From: an uncultured virus (IMG/VR IMGVR_UViG_3300009036_000501)
Lineage: Duplodnaviria > Heunggongvirae > Uroviricota > Caudoviricetes
Length of the DNA: 64,000 nucleotides
Virus record (IMG/VR): IMGVR_UViG_3300009036_000501
Reading direction: 5' to 3' (one strand)
Numbering within the stretch: the stretch's first letter is position 1; each line of letters begins with the position of its first letter. Below the pieces are notes generated by a model. It had not been told where the DNA came from, did no database searches, and saw nothing but the letters and a program-made list of their open reading frames with translations. This document shows, in pieces, positions 47,901 through 56,856 of the stretch. The position numbers and the translations under genes were made by a program.

Positions 47901-49055
47901 ATGCAAAATATGTTGCTTAATTTACGTAGTCTACAACAAATAAATACTCGCATTTCGGAGAAATCCACCGAAATAAAACAAACCAAAGCATTTTACACCC
48001 AACTGTTTAGCGAAAATTTGCAAGAACTTACGTCTTTGCTAGGTGGACTAAAGAAAATGCGAGACTTGCATACTCGCTCTGCTGAGTCACTTTATCCTTT
48101 ACAGTCTGGGTTGTTTGATCTATCGCATATCCAGGAACTCACACGATCTCTTTCAGATGAGATTGATCATCTGACTCAGCAAGCGGAAGTTAGTATGAAT
48201 GAACAAAAGGGCACAGAGAAATTGGCAAACCTCCACGAAGAACTGGAACGCCTAGGGAATGAGCAGGTCAATCTGGAAAAGGCATTGGTTCAAGGTTTTT
48301 GGGACTTGTCTGATAACCTGAAGTCTGTACAGTACGAAACAGCCGATATGTTTGCTGTACACTATGATGTCCTTACACACATCTTGGTAACTGAACATTC
48401 TGTTTCACCTGTTGATGCTGCTGACATTGTAAACCTTGTCACTCACTACGTGAAGGGTAAAAGTGAATATAGTTCTAGCAGTGTCGAATTAGTAAGAGTG
48501 GAAAAAAGTAAGGTCGGATCTTCTTTCGGATTAGGGGAAGACCCTTTTGAAGTGACCGTGAATGGTCACACACTACAAAAATTTGATCTTGATAAAACAA
48601 TCGACAAAAAGAAAAACCACATGATCATCTCCGGTACAGTTGACGTGCAGATAGAAGGGGATGTGTCATGTGTTCTTGATGAGGACGCAGGTGTTTTCGC
48701 TACGAAAGACCAGCATTGGATTCTTCAAGGATATACTTTACAAAATTATATTGCCGTGGCTACAGCACATGTAGAATTTGTTTTTGATATGGACAGATGT
48801 TTGGAATCGTCTGATATTGATCTCCGACAAGAAGAAGTGAAATTTACGCTTCCAGTGCTAAAGATCGAACCATGTGTAAATTCAGACACTCTCAACCTTT
48901 TGGTAAAGATGTTAATGGAAGAAGTCCAAAAAGTTGATGTTGAAGAACTAGCGTGGGGAACAATATTAAGTGAAGTGGTATCAAAGGATATTGAAGATTC
49001 ACTTAAATCTGACATCGAAGATATGGCGAAAGAAATAGAATTTACAGTGAGCTGA
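47901..49055 (+). CDS. Hypothetical acidic protein with N-terminal coiled coil
   Basis: AGGAG RBS; terminator at 49066-49091. Confidence 0.75.
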   Translation: MQNMLLNLRSLQQINTRISEKSTEIKQTKAFYTQLFSENLQELTSLLGGLKKMRDLHTRSAESLYPLQSGLFDLSHIQELTRSLSDEIDHLTQQAEVSMNEQKGTEKLANLHEELERLGNEQVNLEKALVQGFWDLSDNLKSVQYETADMFAVHYDVLTHILVTEHSVSPVDAADIVNLVTHYVKGKSEYSSSSVELVRVEKSKVGSSFGLGEDPFEVTVNGHTLQKFDLDKTIDKKKNHMIISGTVDVQIEGDVSCVLDEDAGVFATKDQHWILQGYTLQNYIAVATAHVEFVFDMDRCLESSDIDLRQEEVKFTLPVLKIEPCVNSDTLNLLVKMLMEEVQKVDVEELAWGTILSEVVSKDIEDSLKSDIEDMAKEIEFTVS

Positions 49056-49168
49056 ATACTTTTTTAAAGAGGTGGCATATGCCACCTCTTTTCCTATTTA
49101 TTGACAGGCCTGTACATATCGTGATAAACTGTACATATTAAAACAAGGTATGTACATGATATAAGGAT

Positions 49169-49798
49169 GTGGATATATTGCAACCTGGACTATTTGTTGT
49201 GTTTGAGGGACCAGAAGGAGCCTCGAAAGGAACACAATCCCAACTATTTGCGGATTATTTACAGGATAAAAAAATCCCATACATACACACACGAGAGCCA
49301 GATGGCCCTATTCGTAGTGTTTTGCTTGATCCTGCAAATACGGGAATGATACACGATGACACAGAAGTGTTGTTGTACGCTGCTTCACGCGTTAACAAAT
49401 TTTTAACCGAAATAAAACCTGCGCTTGAAGAAGGAAAAGTTGTGGTATGTGATCGTTACCTTGAGTCCTCTCTCGCATATCAGGGTTATGCTGGTGGAGT
49501 GGATCTAGCGAAGATACTGAGCATCCATGACGCTTTTATAAATGATAGCAGGGTGACTCTGTTGTTTGACATTTCTTATGAAACAAGCAGGAAAAGGTTG
49601 GGGACACGGGGAGAAGCGCTAGATAGGCTCGAGATGAAGTCAGAAGTATATCACAGAAAAGTTATTGATGGTTATAGGAAACTAGCCAAAGATTACTCTC
49701 ACATTAAGCGTATAGATGCGAATCAAACAATTGATCAAGTACATTCAGAAGTGTTGAGTTTATTGACTCCACTACTGGAAGAAAGAGGGATGTTATGA
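49169..49798 (+). CDS. tmk: Thymidylate kinase
   Basis: FEGPEGASKGT P-loop variant, TREP, E.LLYAASR, CDRY..SSLAYQG, DRLE. Confidence 0.85.
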   Translation: MDILQPGLFVVFEGPEGASKGTQSQLFADYLQDKKIPYIHTREPDGPIRSVLLDPANTGMIHDDTEVLLYAASRVNKFLTEIKPALEEGKVVVCDRYLESSLAYQGYAGGVDLAKILSIHDAFINDSRVTLLFDISYETSRKRLGTRGEALDRLEMKSEVYHRKVIDGYRKLAKDYSHIKRIDANQTIDQVHSEVLSLLTPLLEERGML

Positions 49799-50310
49799 GT
49801 AAACGAGTAATTATATCTCTCATTTCTCCACCTGGAGGTGGGAAAACAACTATACTTAAGCATTTGTCCGAGCATCACCAATTGCCCATACTGAGTTCGG
49901 GAGATATAGCGAGGCAAATGCAGAGGGATACAGAAACGAATTTCCTAATACAAGGGGGATTTGCTCCTGAAGAAGAGATGAGACGCAGACTCTTAGAATC
50001 CATTGAGACATTATTTGTCTCTAGCAACGTGATACTGGCTGATGGGTTCCCGAGATTCGTTGACCAGCTGAATTGGTTGGAAAACTCTCTAGATGGCGTG
50101 GATATTGTATTGTACCACTTGGATGTGCCATTGGACAAATGTAGAGACAGACTGCAGTCTCGCAATCGTTCTGATGACAATGAAGAAACTATAGAGGCAA
50201 GATTCAAACAATATACTGAACAAACAGAGCCAATTGTCACTTCGCGACATCTGCGACGGTACAATTATGATTTTGTGACTCAAGTAATTCTTGCGGCAAA
50301 GAAAAATTAG
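49795..50310 (+). CDS. Adenylate-kinase-family NMP kinase (short LID)
   Basis: PPGGGKT, SSGDIAR, DGFPR, R.RSDDNEETI..R. Confidence 0.8.
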   Translation: MSKRVIISLISPPGGGKTTILKHLSEHHQLPILSSGDIARQMQRDTETNFLIQGGFAPEEEMRRRLLESIETLFVSSNVILADGFPRFVDQLNWLENSLDGVDIVLYHLDVPLDKCRDRLQSRNRSDDNEETIEARFKQYTEQTEPIVTSRHLRRYNYDFVTQVILAAKKN

Positions 50311-50323
50311 GAGGTTTAATACA

Positions 50324-51325
50324 ATGCAAATGTGCTATCTTGCAGGTGCTATCGATATGGTTATTCCAGAACAGGCTAGAGGTTGGAGAGACAATGTCTC
50401 TAAAGTGTTAAACGATCATGGCATCCACACTTTTGATCCAGCTTCTGCTTTTAATCTATCTCGTAAGGATAGCGAGACATGGTTGTCCAAAACAGATATG
50501 GTTATCAAACTAAACAACATGGCCTTAGACAGTTCCGAGATTATGCTGGCCGAAATGGAATTTAATTGCCAGCATACAGGCACTACCCGCGAACTTATTC
50601 GTGCCAGTGAACAAGATGGGAAGCTTGTTGTGGTGTGGAACTCAAGCGAGTATACTCCCCTATATCTCACAGATATCCCCAATCTTGTTATCAAATCTAC
50701 ACTGGCAGAGTGTGTGGAATATATTATCGAAAAAATAACAGGGGTCGCTCCTAGTCCCGACGTATGCCGTTCTGTATTGGAAACTAAAGTGGACAAACCT
50801 GCCATTAAAGTTATGCTGACTGAAAAGCATCCTTTAATGATCGCAAAAGAACGTGGTGAAATTTCCGATATTGATCCTTCAATGCTGTTATTCAAGAAAC
50901 ACAGCGATGATACTGGGTATGACATTATGTGCACTGAGAACGTGACAGTACCTCCAGGGGGAAAAGTACAAGTGCCAACACATTTGGCTATCCAGCCGCC
51001 AAAAGGTTACTGGTATCGTTTGGTTGCTAGATCCTCAACATTCCATGTCCATGAGATGCTGGTGGTAGAAGGCATCATCGATACACAATTCCGAGGTGTG
51101 TTGTACTGCAACATTCAGAACATGAGCAATGAGACTAAGACAATCCGTGCTGGTGATTCTGTGGCCCAACTGATATTCCATGAGATCGTAGGCGAACATT
51201 GGGATGTGTCAGTGCACGACTCTCTGGATGCTACGGATCGTGGTGAAGGTGGATTCGGAAGTACAACTGCTTCTAAAGACTTTATCGTGGAGATGTACCA
51301 AAAATACGCTTCCGTGACGGTTTAA
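50324..51325 (+). CDS. Fusion of nucleoside 2-deoxyribosyltransferase/Rcl-like domain and trimeric dUTPase-like domain
   Basis: N-terminal YLAG, WR, DP, GT..E; C-terminal GYD, RSS, GIIDTQFRG, AQL, RGEGGFGST. Confidence 0.8.
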   Translation: MQMCYLAGAIDMVIPEQARGWRDNVSKVLNDHGIHTFDPASAFNLSRKDSETWLSKTDMVIKLNNMALDSSEIMLAEMEFNCQHTGTTRELIRASEQDGKLVVVWNSSEYTPLYLTDIPNLVIKSTLAECVEYIIEKITGVAPSPDVCRSVLETKVDKPAIKVMLTEKHPLMIAKERGEISDIDPSMLLFKKHSDDTGYDIMCTENVTVPPGGKVQVPTHLAIQPPKGYWYRLVARSSTFHVHEMLVVEGIIDTQFRGVLYCNIQNMSNETKTIRAGDSVAQLIFHEIVGEHWDVSVHDSLDATDRGEGGFGSTTASKDFIVEMYQKYASVTV

Positions 51326-51346
51326 CGTACCGATTGTTCTTTTTTG

Positions 51347-51382
51347 AAAAGGGGGATTCCCAATGTGGGGATCCCCCTTTTT
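51347..51382 (+). terminator. Terminator of the kinase/dUTPase operon
   Basis: AAAAGGGGGATTCCCA-atg-TGGGGATCCCCCTTTTT. Confidence 0.75.
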
Positions 51383-51586
51383 CTGGTTAAATATTGTAAT
51401 TATTGTGGGTATGTATATATACATGATTTAATAAGAATATAAGTTGATATTAAGTGGCAGATAGAGTGATATAGTAGGACATAATGAACTAACGAAAATA
51501 TACTGTAATGATTGTACTAAAATACAGTGTATGCTATAATGGCGATAGTAGTTCATACGAATGTGTGGAAGGAGATGATAAAGCCA

Positions 51587-52243
51587 ATGATGGGCCACAC
51601 ACATTTCACATTCGGTGCATTATTCGCAGCTGTCGCTGTCAACACTGGGCATGCGGAACCGACAGTGGCCTTTTTTCTTGGCTCATTAATAGGTTCACTA
51701 GCTCCAGATTTAGATCACCCGCAGGCAATGTTGTCCAAAAAAATACCATTGAGTGGAGCGACAATAGGATTTCTCAGGCATAGAACGCTAACGCATTCTT
51801 TGGTTGGACTGGCTATAGCCTATTCTATAGGGAAATACTTAGTACCCCTACTCCTAAGCAAGTTATGGTCTTTATTGATGACAAGCTTACCTGGGCAAGT
51901 AGACACATTGCTCCAGATCCAAGACCTAAGTGCTACATACTTCGGATCCGGATTTTTGTGGGGGTTCATGCTGGGATATATCAGTCACATTTTTATAGAC
52001 TTGTTCAATCCCATGGGTGTCCAACTATTTTATCCCTTCGAGTTTCTGCCGAATAGAGGATGGGTTAATCCACCTTTTGGTCTTGGGATAGGAACGGGCA
52101 CTATTTGGGAACTGATGTTTGCAGTAGTGAGTTTGCTCATTACCACATACGTTAGTCCCATGACCGGTTTATCTGTGGGTATATTAGTCTTTATATTCTG
52201 GTACCTCATAGGGAAACCCGGTCTTCCAAGATATAGACTTTAG
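51587..52243 (+). CDS. YdjM-like membrane metal-dependent hydrolase
   Basis: M.G.TH, GSLAPDLDH, HRTLTHS, SH...D..NP.GV...YP. Confidence 0.85.
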   Translation: MMGHTHFTFGALFAAVAVNTGHAEPTVAFFLGSLIGSLAPDLDHPQAMLSKKIPLSGATIGFLRHRTLTHSLVGLAIAYSIGKYLVPLLLSKLWSLLMTSLPGQVDTLLQIQDLSATYFGSGFLWGFMLGYISHIFIDLFNPMGVQLFYPFEFLPNRGWVNPPFGLGIGTGTIWELMFAVVSLLITTYVSPMTGLSVGILVFIFWYLIGKPGLPRYRL

Positions 52244-52261
52244 TTAGGAGGATGTAGAACA

Positions 52262-53122
52262 ATGTTGCGTATCAATCCAAGAGTAATACCAAGGATAATA
52301 GCTTGGCTATTGCTAGTATTTATTGCAGGTGCTCTGTTGATTAATATTCTAGGCGGGAAGGAACAGGTGACTGAAGAGTCCCAGTCCAATCTCGATGATC
52401 AGATCTCCAGCATCGCGGTAGCTTTTACCAAGCAATGGATGACTCTAGAAGAGAAAGAAACACCTGATGTATTCCGGAAGAGAATCGAACCTTATGTAAC
52501 ACCTGCCCTACTAACTAATCAAGCCGGTAGGACGAATGTTACTAATGTAACGAGTCAACGGGTCATTGACGCTTGGATGAAGTCTTACACGAAACTCGAT
52601 GCTACTCATTTCACAGCAGATGTAGTGGTTTATGTATCCTCTAACAACATTAAGGCCTATAAAGTGGTAAATGTCCCACTGGCACTTAATGCAGAAACCA
52701 ATCAGCTTGTCGTGAATGAAAGACCGAGTTTTTCACCAGTGATAGCCACTAGTGATGTGGGAAGCATGGACTTTGGTAAACAAGTGAATGTAGCTAACAC
52801 AGATCAATTAAGAGTAACACTTTCCAATTTCTTCCAGAAGTATCTTGGTTCTTCAGATCCTGCTGAGTTATCGAACTTCCTAATGGATAGTTCCAAAAAC
52901 ACCATTATGCCGAAAGGTGGATTGGTGGAATTTAAAAACATAGTAACCATGCAGACATTCTTAATGGGGTCTGCAACCGAAGAATCAACTGTTAAAATGT
53001 ATTTGGCTAGAGTAACGGTAGCTACACAAGATGTTTTCTCTAACAGTGTGGTGGAGTCCGACTACAGCTTGATGATACAAGAACAAGGTGATAAATACCT
53101 GATACAGAAAATATCGCCTTAA
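52262..53122 (+). CDS. TcpC/ConB (VirB8-like) conjugation protein
   Basis: Single N-terminal TM, two repeats with F...W / FF..Y; position in the T4SS operon. Confidence 0.7.
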   Translation: MLRINPRVIPRIIAWLLLVFIAGALLINILGGKEQVTEESQSNLDDQISSIAVAFTKQWMTLEEKETPDVFRKRIEPYVTPALLTNQAGRTNVTNVTSQRVIDAWMKSYTKLDATHFTADVVVYVSSNNIKAYKVVNVPLALNAETNQLVVNERPSFSPVIATSDVGSMDFGKQVNVANTDQLRVTLSNFFQKYLGSSDPAELSNFLMDSSKNTIMPKGGLVEFKNIVTMQTFLMGSATEESTVKMYLARVTVATQDVFSNSVVESDYSLMIQEQGDKYLIQKISP

Positions 53123-53143
53123 CTAAACCTAGGAGGAATTATT

Positions 53144-53512
53144 ATGACTACTCAAAAAATGTTGAAAATTGTAATGATTGCCCTGATGGCGCTTGTTATT
53201 GGACTCTCCTTTGCGGCACCTAATGTGGCACTTGCAGATGGTTTTACAGATGCTCCGACTAGCTTGACAGACACTAGCGGAACAGGAACAGACAGTCCGG
53301 TAGGTAAACTTGGTGGATGGGTAGCTCAACAATTGATGTACCTCTACGCTTTGATGGTAGCTGTAGTTTCCATCGTCTTTGTTGTTAAACACGAATACAG
53401 CAAACTGGTGGCGTTCTTGGTAATTGCGATCATCGTTGCTATCCCTATCTTCGCACCAAACGTAATCCCATCCATCGCTGAGTCCATCTCCAAAGCGATC
53501 ACAGGAAAATAA
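53144..53512 (+). CDS. VirB2/TcpD-like small membrane protein
   Basis: Signal peptide (ALA|D) plus two TM helices. Confidence 0.6.
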   Translation: MTTQKMLKIVMIALMALVIGLSFAAPNVALADGFTDAPTSLTDTSGTGTDSPVGKLGGWVAQQLMYLYALMVAVVSIVFVVKHEYSKLVAFLVIAIIVAIPIFAPNVIPSIAESISKAITGK

Positions 53513-53584
53513 GTTTAGCATTAATTGGCAACCTTCGGGTTGCCAATCTGCTATCTACATAACGTGCTTGAGGAGGTAAATAGT

Positions 53585-54328
53585 GTGTCGAACAAGAGAG
53601 TTGGACCTTTCAGTAGTTACAAAAGCTTATTCAAAATACAACACGTTATTTACAAATTAGGAAACATAAGACTCTGGGGTTTTGGGGTCAGTTTTGACCA
53701 GTTGATCACTGGTGCTGTCGTAGCAGCCTTTTTGATGGCTCTCTATGCTATATTCCCTTTGCTAAATTACTTTTTCATTAATAAGTGGATAGTTATAGTT
53801 GTCGCTTTTTTAGCTTCCATGTGGGCGAGCGCAAGGTACGAATTAGGCGGTAAGTCAATCCTCATGTGGACAATAGGAATAATTCTTTGGTCTGTAAGAG
53901 GTAAATACACCGCGCGTGGTCGTACTATTAAAAAGCCACGGTACAAGAAAGAAGGAATATACTTTTATGCGTCATCCCGTCGTGTAGAAACAACGAGCAC
54001 AGGTGCTCAAAGGTGTGTAACACCTGCAGTGATTAGCTACGATCAGTTAGAGCATATAAAGGTTTCAGGTGCACACAAACTTCGCATAGATCCAAGCGGC
54101 AAACATATAAAAATAACTCCCCTACGACAGGCTAAGAAAAGTGCCATAGTGGATGGAGAGATGATCCTCTTACCTAAGAAAAAGATAAGCTCTTTGACAA
54201 CCCCTGATGTTCCGATCATCATAGATAACACACTCATTATTTCCCAACCAGCATCCTCTCCAAAAAAGGTAGTGAAACACAAACCAAAATATGGGATGGC
54301 GCTGTTTGTGGAAGAAAACAATTCGTAA
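53585..54328 (+). CDS. TcpE (VirB3-like) membrane protein
   Basis: SY...FKI..VIYKLG...L, two TMs, GK motif; precedes VirB4. Confidence 0.65.
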   Translation: MSNKRVGPFSSYKSLFKIQHVIYKLGNIRLWGFGVSFDQLITGAVVAAFLMALYAIFPLLNYFFINKWIVIVVAFLASMWASARYELGGKSILMWTIGIILWSVRGKYTARGRTIKKPRYKKEGIYFYASSRRVETTSTGAQRCVTPAVISYDQLEHIKVSGAHKLRIDPSGKHIKITPLRQAKKSAIVDGEMILLPKKKISSLTTPDVPIIIDNTLIISQPASSPKKVVKHKPKYGMALFVEENNS

Positions 54329-54356
54329 ACAATCTAATTTAGGCGGTGAATGTACA

Positions 54357-56831
54357 ATGAAGTTTCCAATAATCTTCTGGCAACAAAACATTATATTTGA
54401 CAACAAGCGAAGAGCTTTCGCTGTCTATAAATTGCCACTGATAAATTATGCTCTGTTATCTATAAACGATAAGATTGGCGCGATGTACAATCTGAGAGAA
54501 TTAGTGTACAATGCGCAAGGAGAATACCATATTTTGTCTCTTTGTCGTGATTTTGATATCGGAACATATGAGGAACAGCTTAGCAGCTTGCAAAGGGATG
54601 ATCTCAAGACTACAGATCAATCTCTACCTCAGGAATTCAGAGACCATGTAGTCGCAACATATAATGGACTGTCAAATAGGAAGCCGTGGAATCGGCACCT
54701 ATACATCTTAAAGCAAATACCGCTTAAAAACGTGTTGTTGCAAGTCAAAAGCTTGCATCACCTAAAATCCAACGTGCGAGGATTGGCTAGTTCCCTAATA
54801 GATATGTTCGTGCCGTCTGAGCCAACCATCCCAGAGCAATTGTTAGAAGCAGCTATGATGCAGGAAGATACAATCGCACAAGATATTCGGAATGGTATGG
54901 GGGGACAACGGGCTGATTCTAAAGATATTGAGTGGATGATCAGACATAACCTTTTCCGCTCACTTGGTGAACCTGAAGTTACTTCGGATTGGGCTCCTGC
55001 TTCGGTTGTAGAAGTAGCAGGTACTGGTAAAAAACTCATTCCTATGAAAAATGAGATAGTTTCCCACATAGATGACACCTTCATGTATGAAGGATTAGAT
55101 CATGTGAAGATAGATCATGTGGATGGGGAACACAAAGGTAAAGAATCCTACCAAGCCTTTTTAGCTCTCACGAATTATCCCGAACATTTACGTTTTCCAG
55201 GGTTAGAGTTCTACCAATGGTTGGACGAATTCTCTTTCCCAGTTGACATCAGTATTAGGCTGAATAGTTATGAAAGCAAACATGCACAAATGAAATTGTC
55301 AGGAAAGATGAAAGAGTTGCAAGATCAAAAAGAACAACACGCCAACTCTACGACAGGTGTACCCCTACATATTCATGAGAATGAGTATAAAGGTAAAGAC
55401 TTGGAAGGCAAAATTAAAAGTGGAATGCCATTACTGGATGTGACAACGGTCTTTTGTATAGCAGCATCAGATAAAGAGACCCTGGAAAAGCGTGTAGATG
55501 AAGTAATGGGATGGTATCGTCCAAGACAGTTCAAATTGGTACGGACACCTGGAGATCAGAAAAAGTTCTTTTCCACCTTTATACCGACATACGATGTGAA
55601 ATTGAAAGAGCACACTGTGGCCATGGATCCTGAATTCTTCGCTTCAGGCATGATGAACGCATCTAAACAAATTGGTGATCCGAAAGGATTCTACTTGGGG
55701 GATAATGTCAGTGGCTCAATGGCTCCTGTACTCATGCACCCTCTACGAGGGCCAAGATTGCTCAATAGATCTGCGGCTCTAGGCATATTAGGTACACTTG
55801 GAGGCGGTAAGTCAGTAACTAGGAAGTATATCTTGTATGCGGCAATGACTATATGGGGAGCTAAGGTCATTTCGATTGACCCCAAAAATGAGGATTTCTG
55901 TTTCTCCCTCATACCCGAAATAGCGAAAAACATGAAACAAGTAGACCTTGGTCCAGGATCAAGCATCACTATTAATCCATTTCACATAAGTCCTGTGGAA
56001 GCAACCTCGAGATCGATAGTCACAGACTTGCTGTTCATGCTTTTAAATGCCGAGAGTGACGACAAAGAAGTACGACAAATGGCTATACACAAAGCACTTG
56101 GGTATGTAATGGAAAAAACACGATCTGAGAGACATATGGATGCTGTAATTGAAGCACTAACGCGAGTGAACTCAGAAGAAGGCCTAGATACGGGGATAAG
56201 GGATGAAGCCAATAGATGTAAGTTGTTGCTGGAATCCTTCAAAGAACTGAATTATTCTAGTCTGTTGTTCTCCAAAGAGAGTAATATTGATGCCTCTGCT
56301 CAACTGACAGTATTCAACTTCGCAGGTCTTCCATTGCCAGCAGACAAAAATTCAAAAATGTCAAATTCCGAAAAATTTGGTGCTGCTATCCTCTACCTAG
56401 TAACATCGTTCTCTCGAGAAGTGCTGATGTCCAAAGAATACAGAAGTCTGTTGAAAATTCTGTCGATTGACGAAGCTTGGAAAATGATGATGACTCCAGA
56501 GGGAATCCGATTGATCACAGAGATTATACGTATGGGTCGGTCGATGGGTATTATGCCTATCATTGCAACTCAGAATGCCAATGACCTAAGCGGAACAGAT
56601 ATTCGAAACAATCTAGGAATGATTATGATGTTCCGTAATCCTGACAAAACGGAAATAGAGCAGTGTCTTGAAATGATCGGACTAGATAAAGAAGACGAGC
56701 ACTTAAAAGAACGTATACCAAACTTCAAATCTGGTCAATGCATATTCCGAGATATAGAGGGACGTATAGGAGAGATCCAAGTACGACCTCGGCCTGGCAG
56801 ATTGTTGGATGTATTTAATACATCTGTGTGA
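54357..56831 (+). CDS. virB4: VirB4-like ATPase (TcpF/ConE type)
   Basis: GTLGGGKS, IDPKNE, IDEAW, RMGRS, ATQ, G.C.FRD..GRIG. Confidence 0.9.
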   Translation: MKFPIIFWQQNIIFDNKRRAFAVYKLPLINYALLSINDKIGAMYNLRELVYNAQGEYHILSLCRDFDIGTYEEQLSSLQRDDLKTTDQSLPQEFRDHVVATYNGLSNRKPWNRHLYILKQIPLKNVLLQVKSLHHLKSNVRGLASSLIDMFVPSEPTIPEQLLEAAMMQEDTIAQDIRNGMGGQRADSKDIEWMIRHNLFRSLGEPEVTSDWAPASVVEVAGTGKKLIPMKNEIVSHIDDTFMYEGLDHVKIDHVDGEHKGKESYQAFLALTNYPEHLRFPGLEFYQWLDEFSFPVDISIRLNSYESKHAQMKLSGKMKELQDQKEQHANSTTGVPLHIHENEYKGKDLEGKIKSGMPLLDVTTVFCIAASDKETLEKRVDEVMGWYRPRQFKLVRTPGDQKKFFSTFIPTYDVKLKEHTVAMDPEFFASGMMNASKQIGDPKGFYLGDNVSGSMAPVLMHPLRGPRLLNRSAALGILGTLGGGKSVTRKYILYAAMTIWGAKVISIDPKNEDFCFSLIPEIAKNMKQVDLGPGSSITINPFHISPVEATSRSIVTDLLFMLLNAESDDKEVRQMAIHKALGYVMEKTRSERHMDAVIEALTRVNSEEGLDTGIRDEANRCKLLLESFKELNYSSLLFSKESNIDASAQLTVFNFAGLPLPADKNSKMSNSEKFGAAILYLVTSFSREVLMSKEYRSLLKILSIDEAWKMMMTPEGIRLITEIIRMGRSMGIMPIIATQNANDLSGTDIRNNLGMIMMFRNPDKTEIEQCLEMIGLDKEDEHLKERIPNFKSGQCIFRDIEGRIGEIQVRPRPGRLLDVFNTSV

Positions 56832-56856
56832 TTTAATTAACTTGGAGGTGAAAAAC

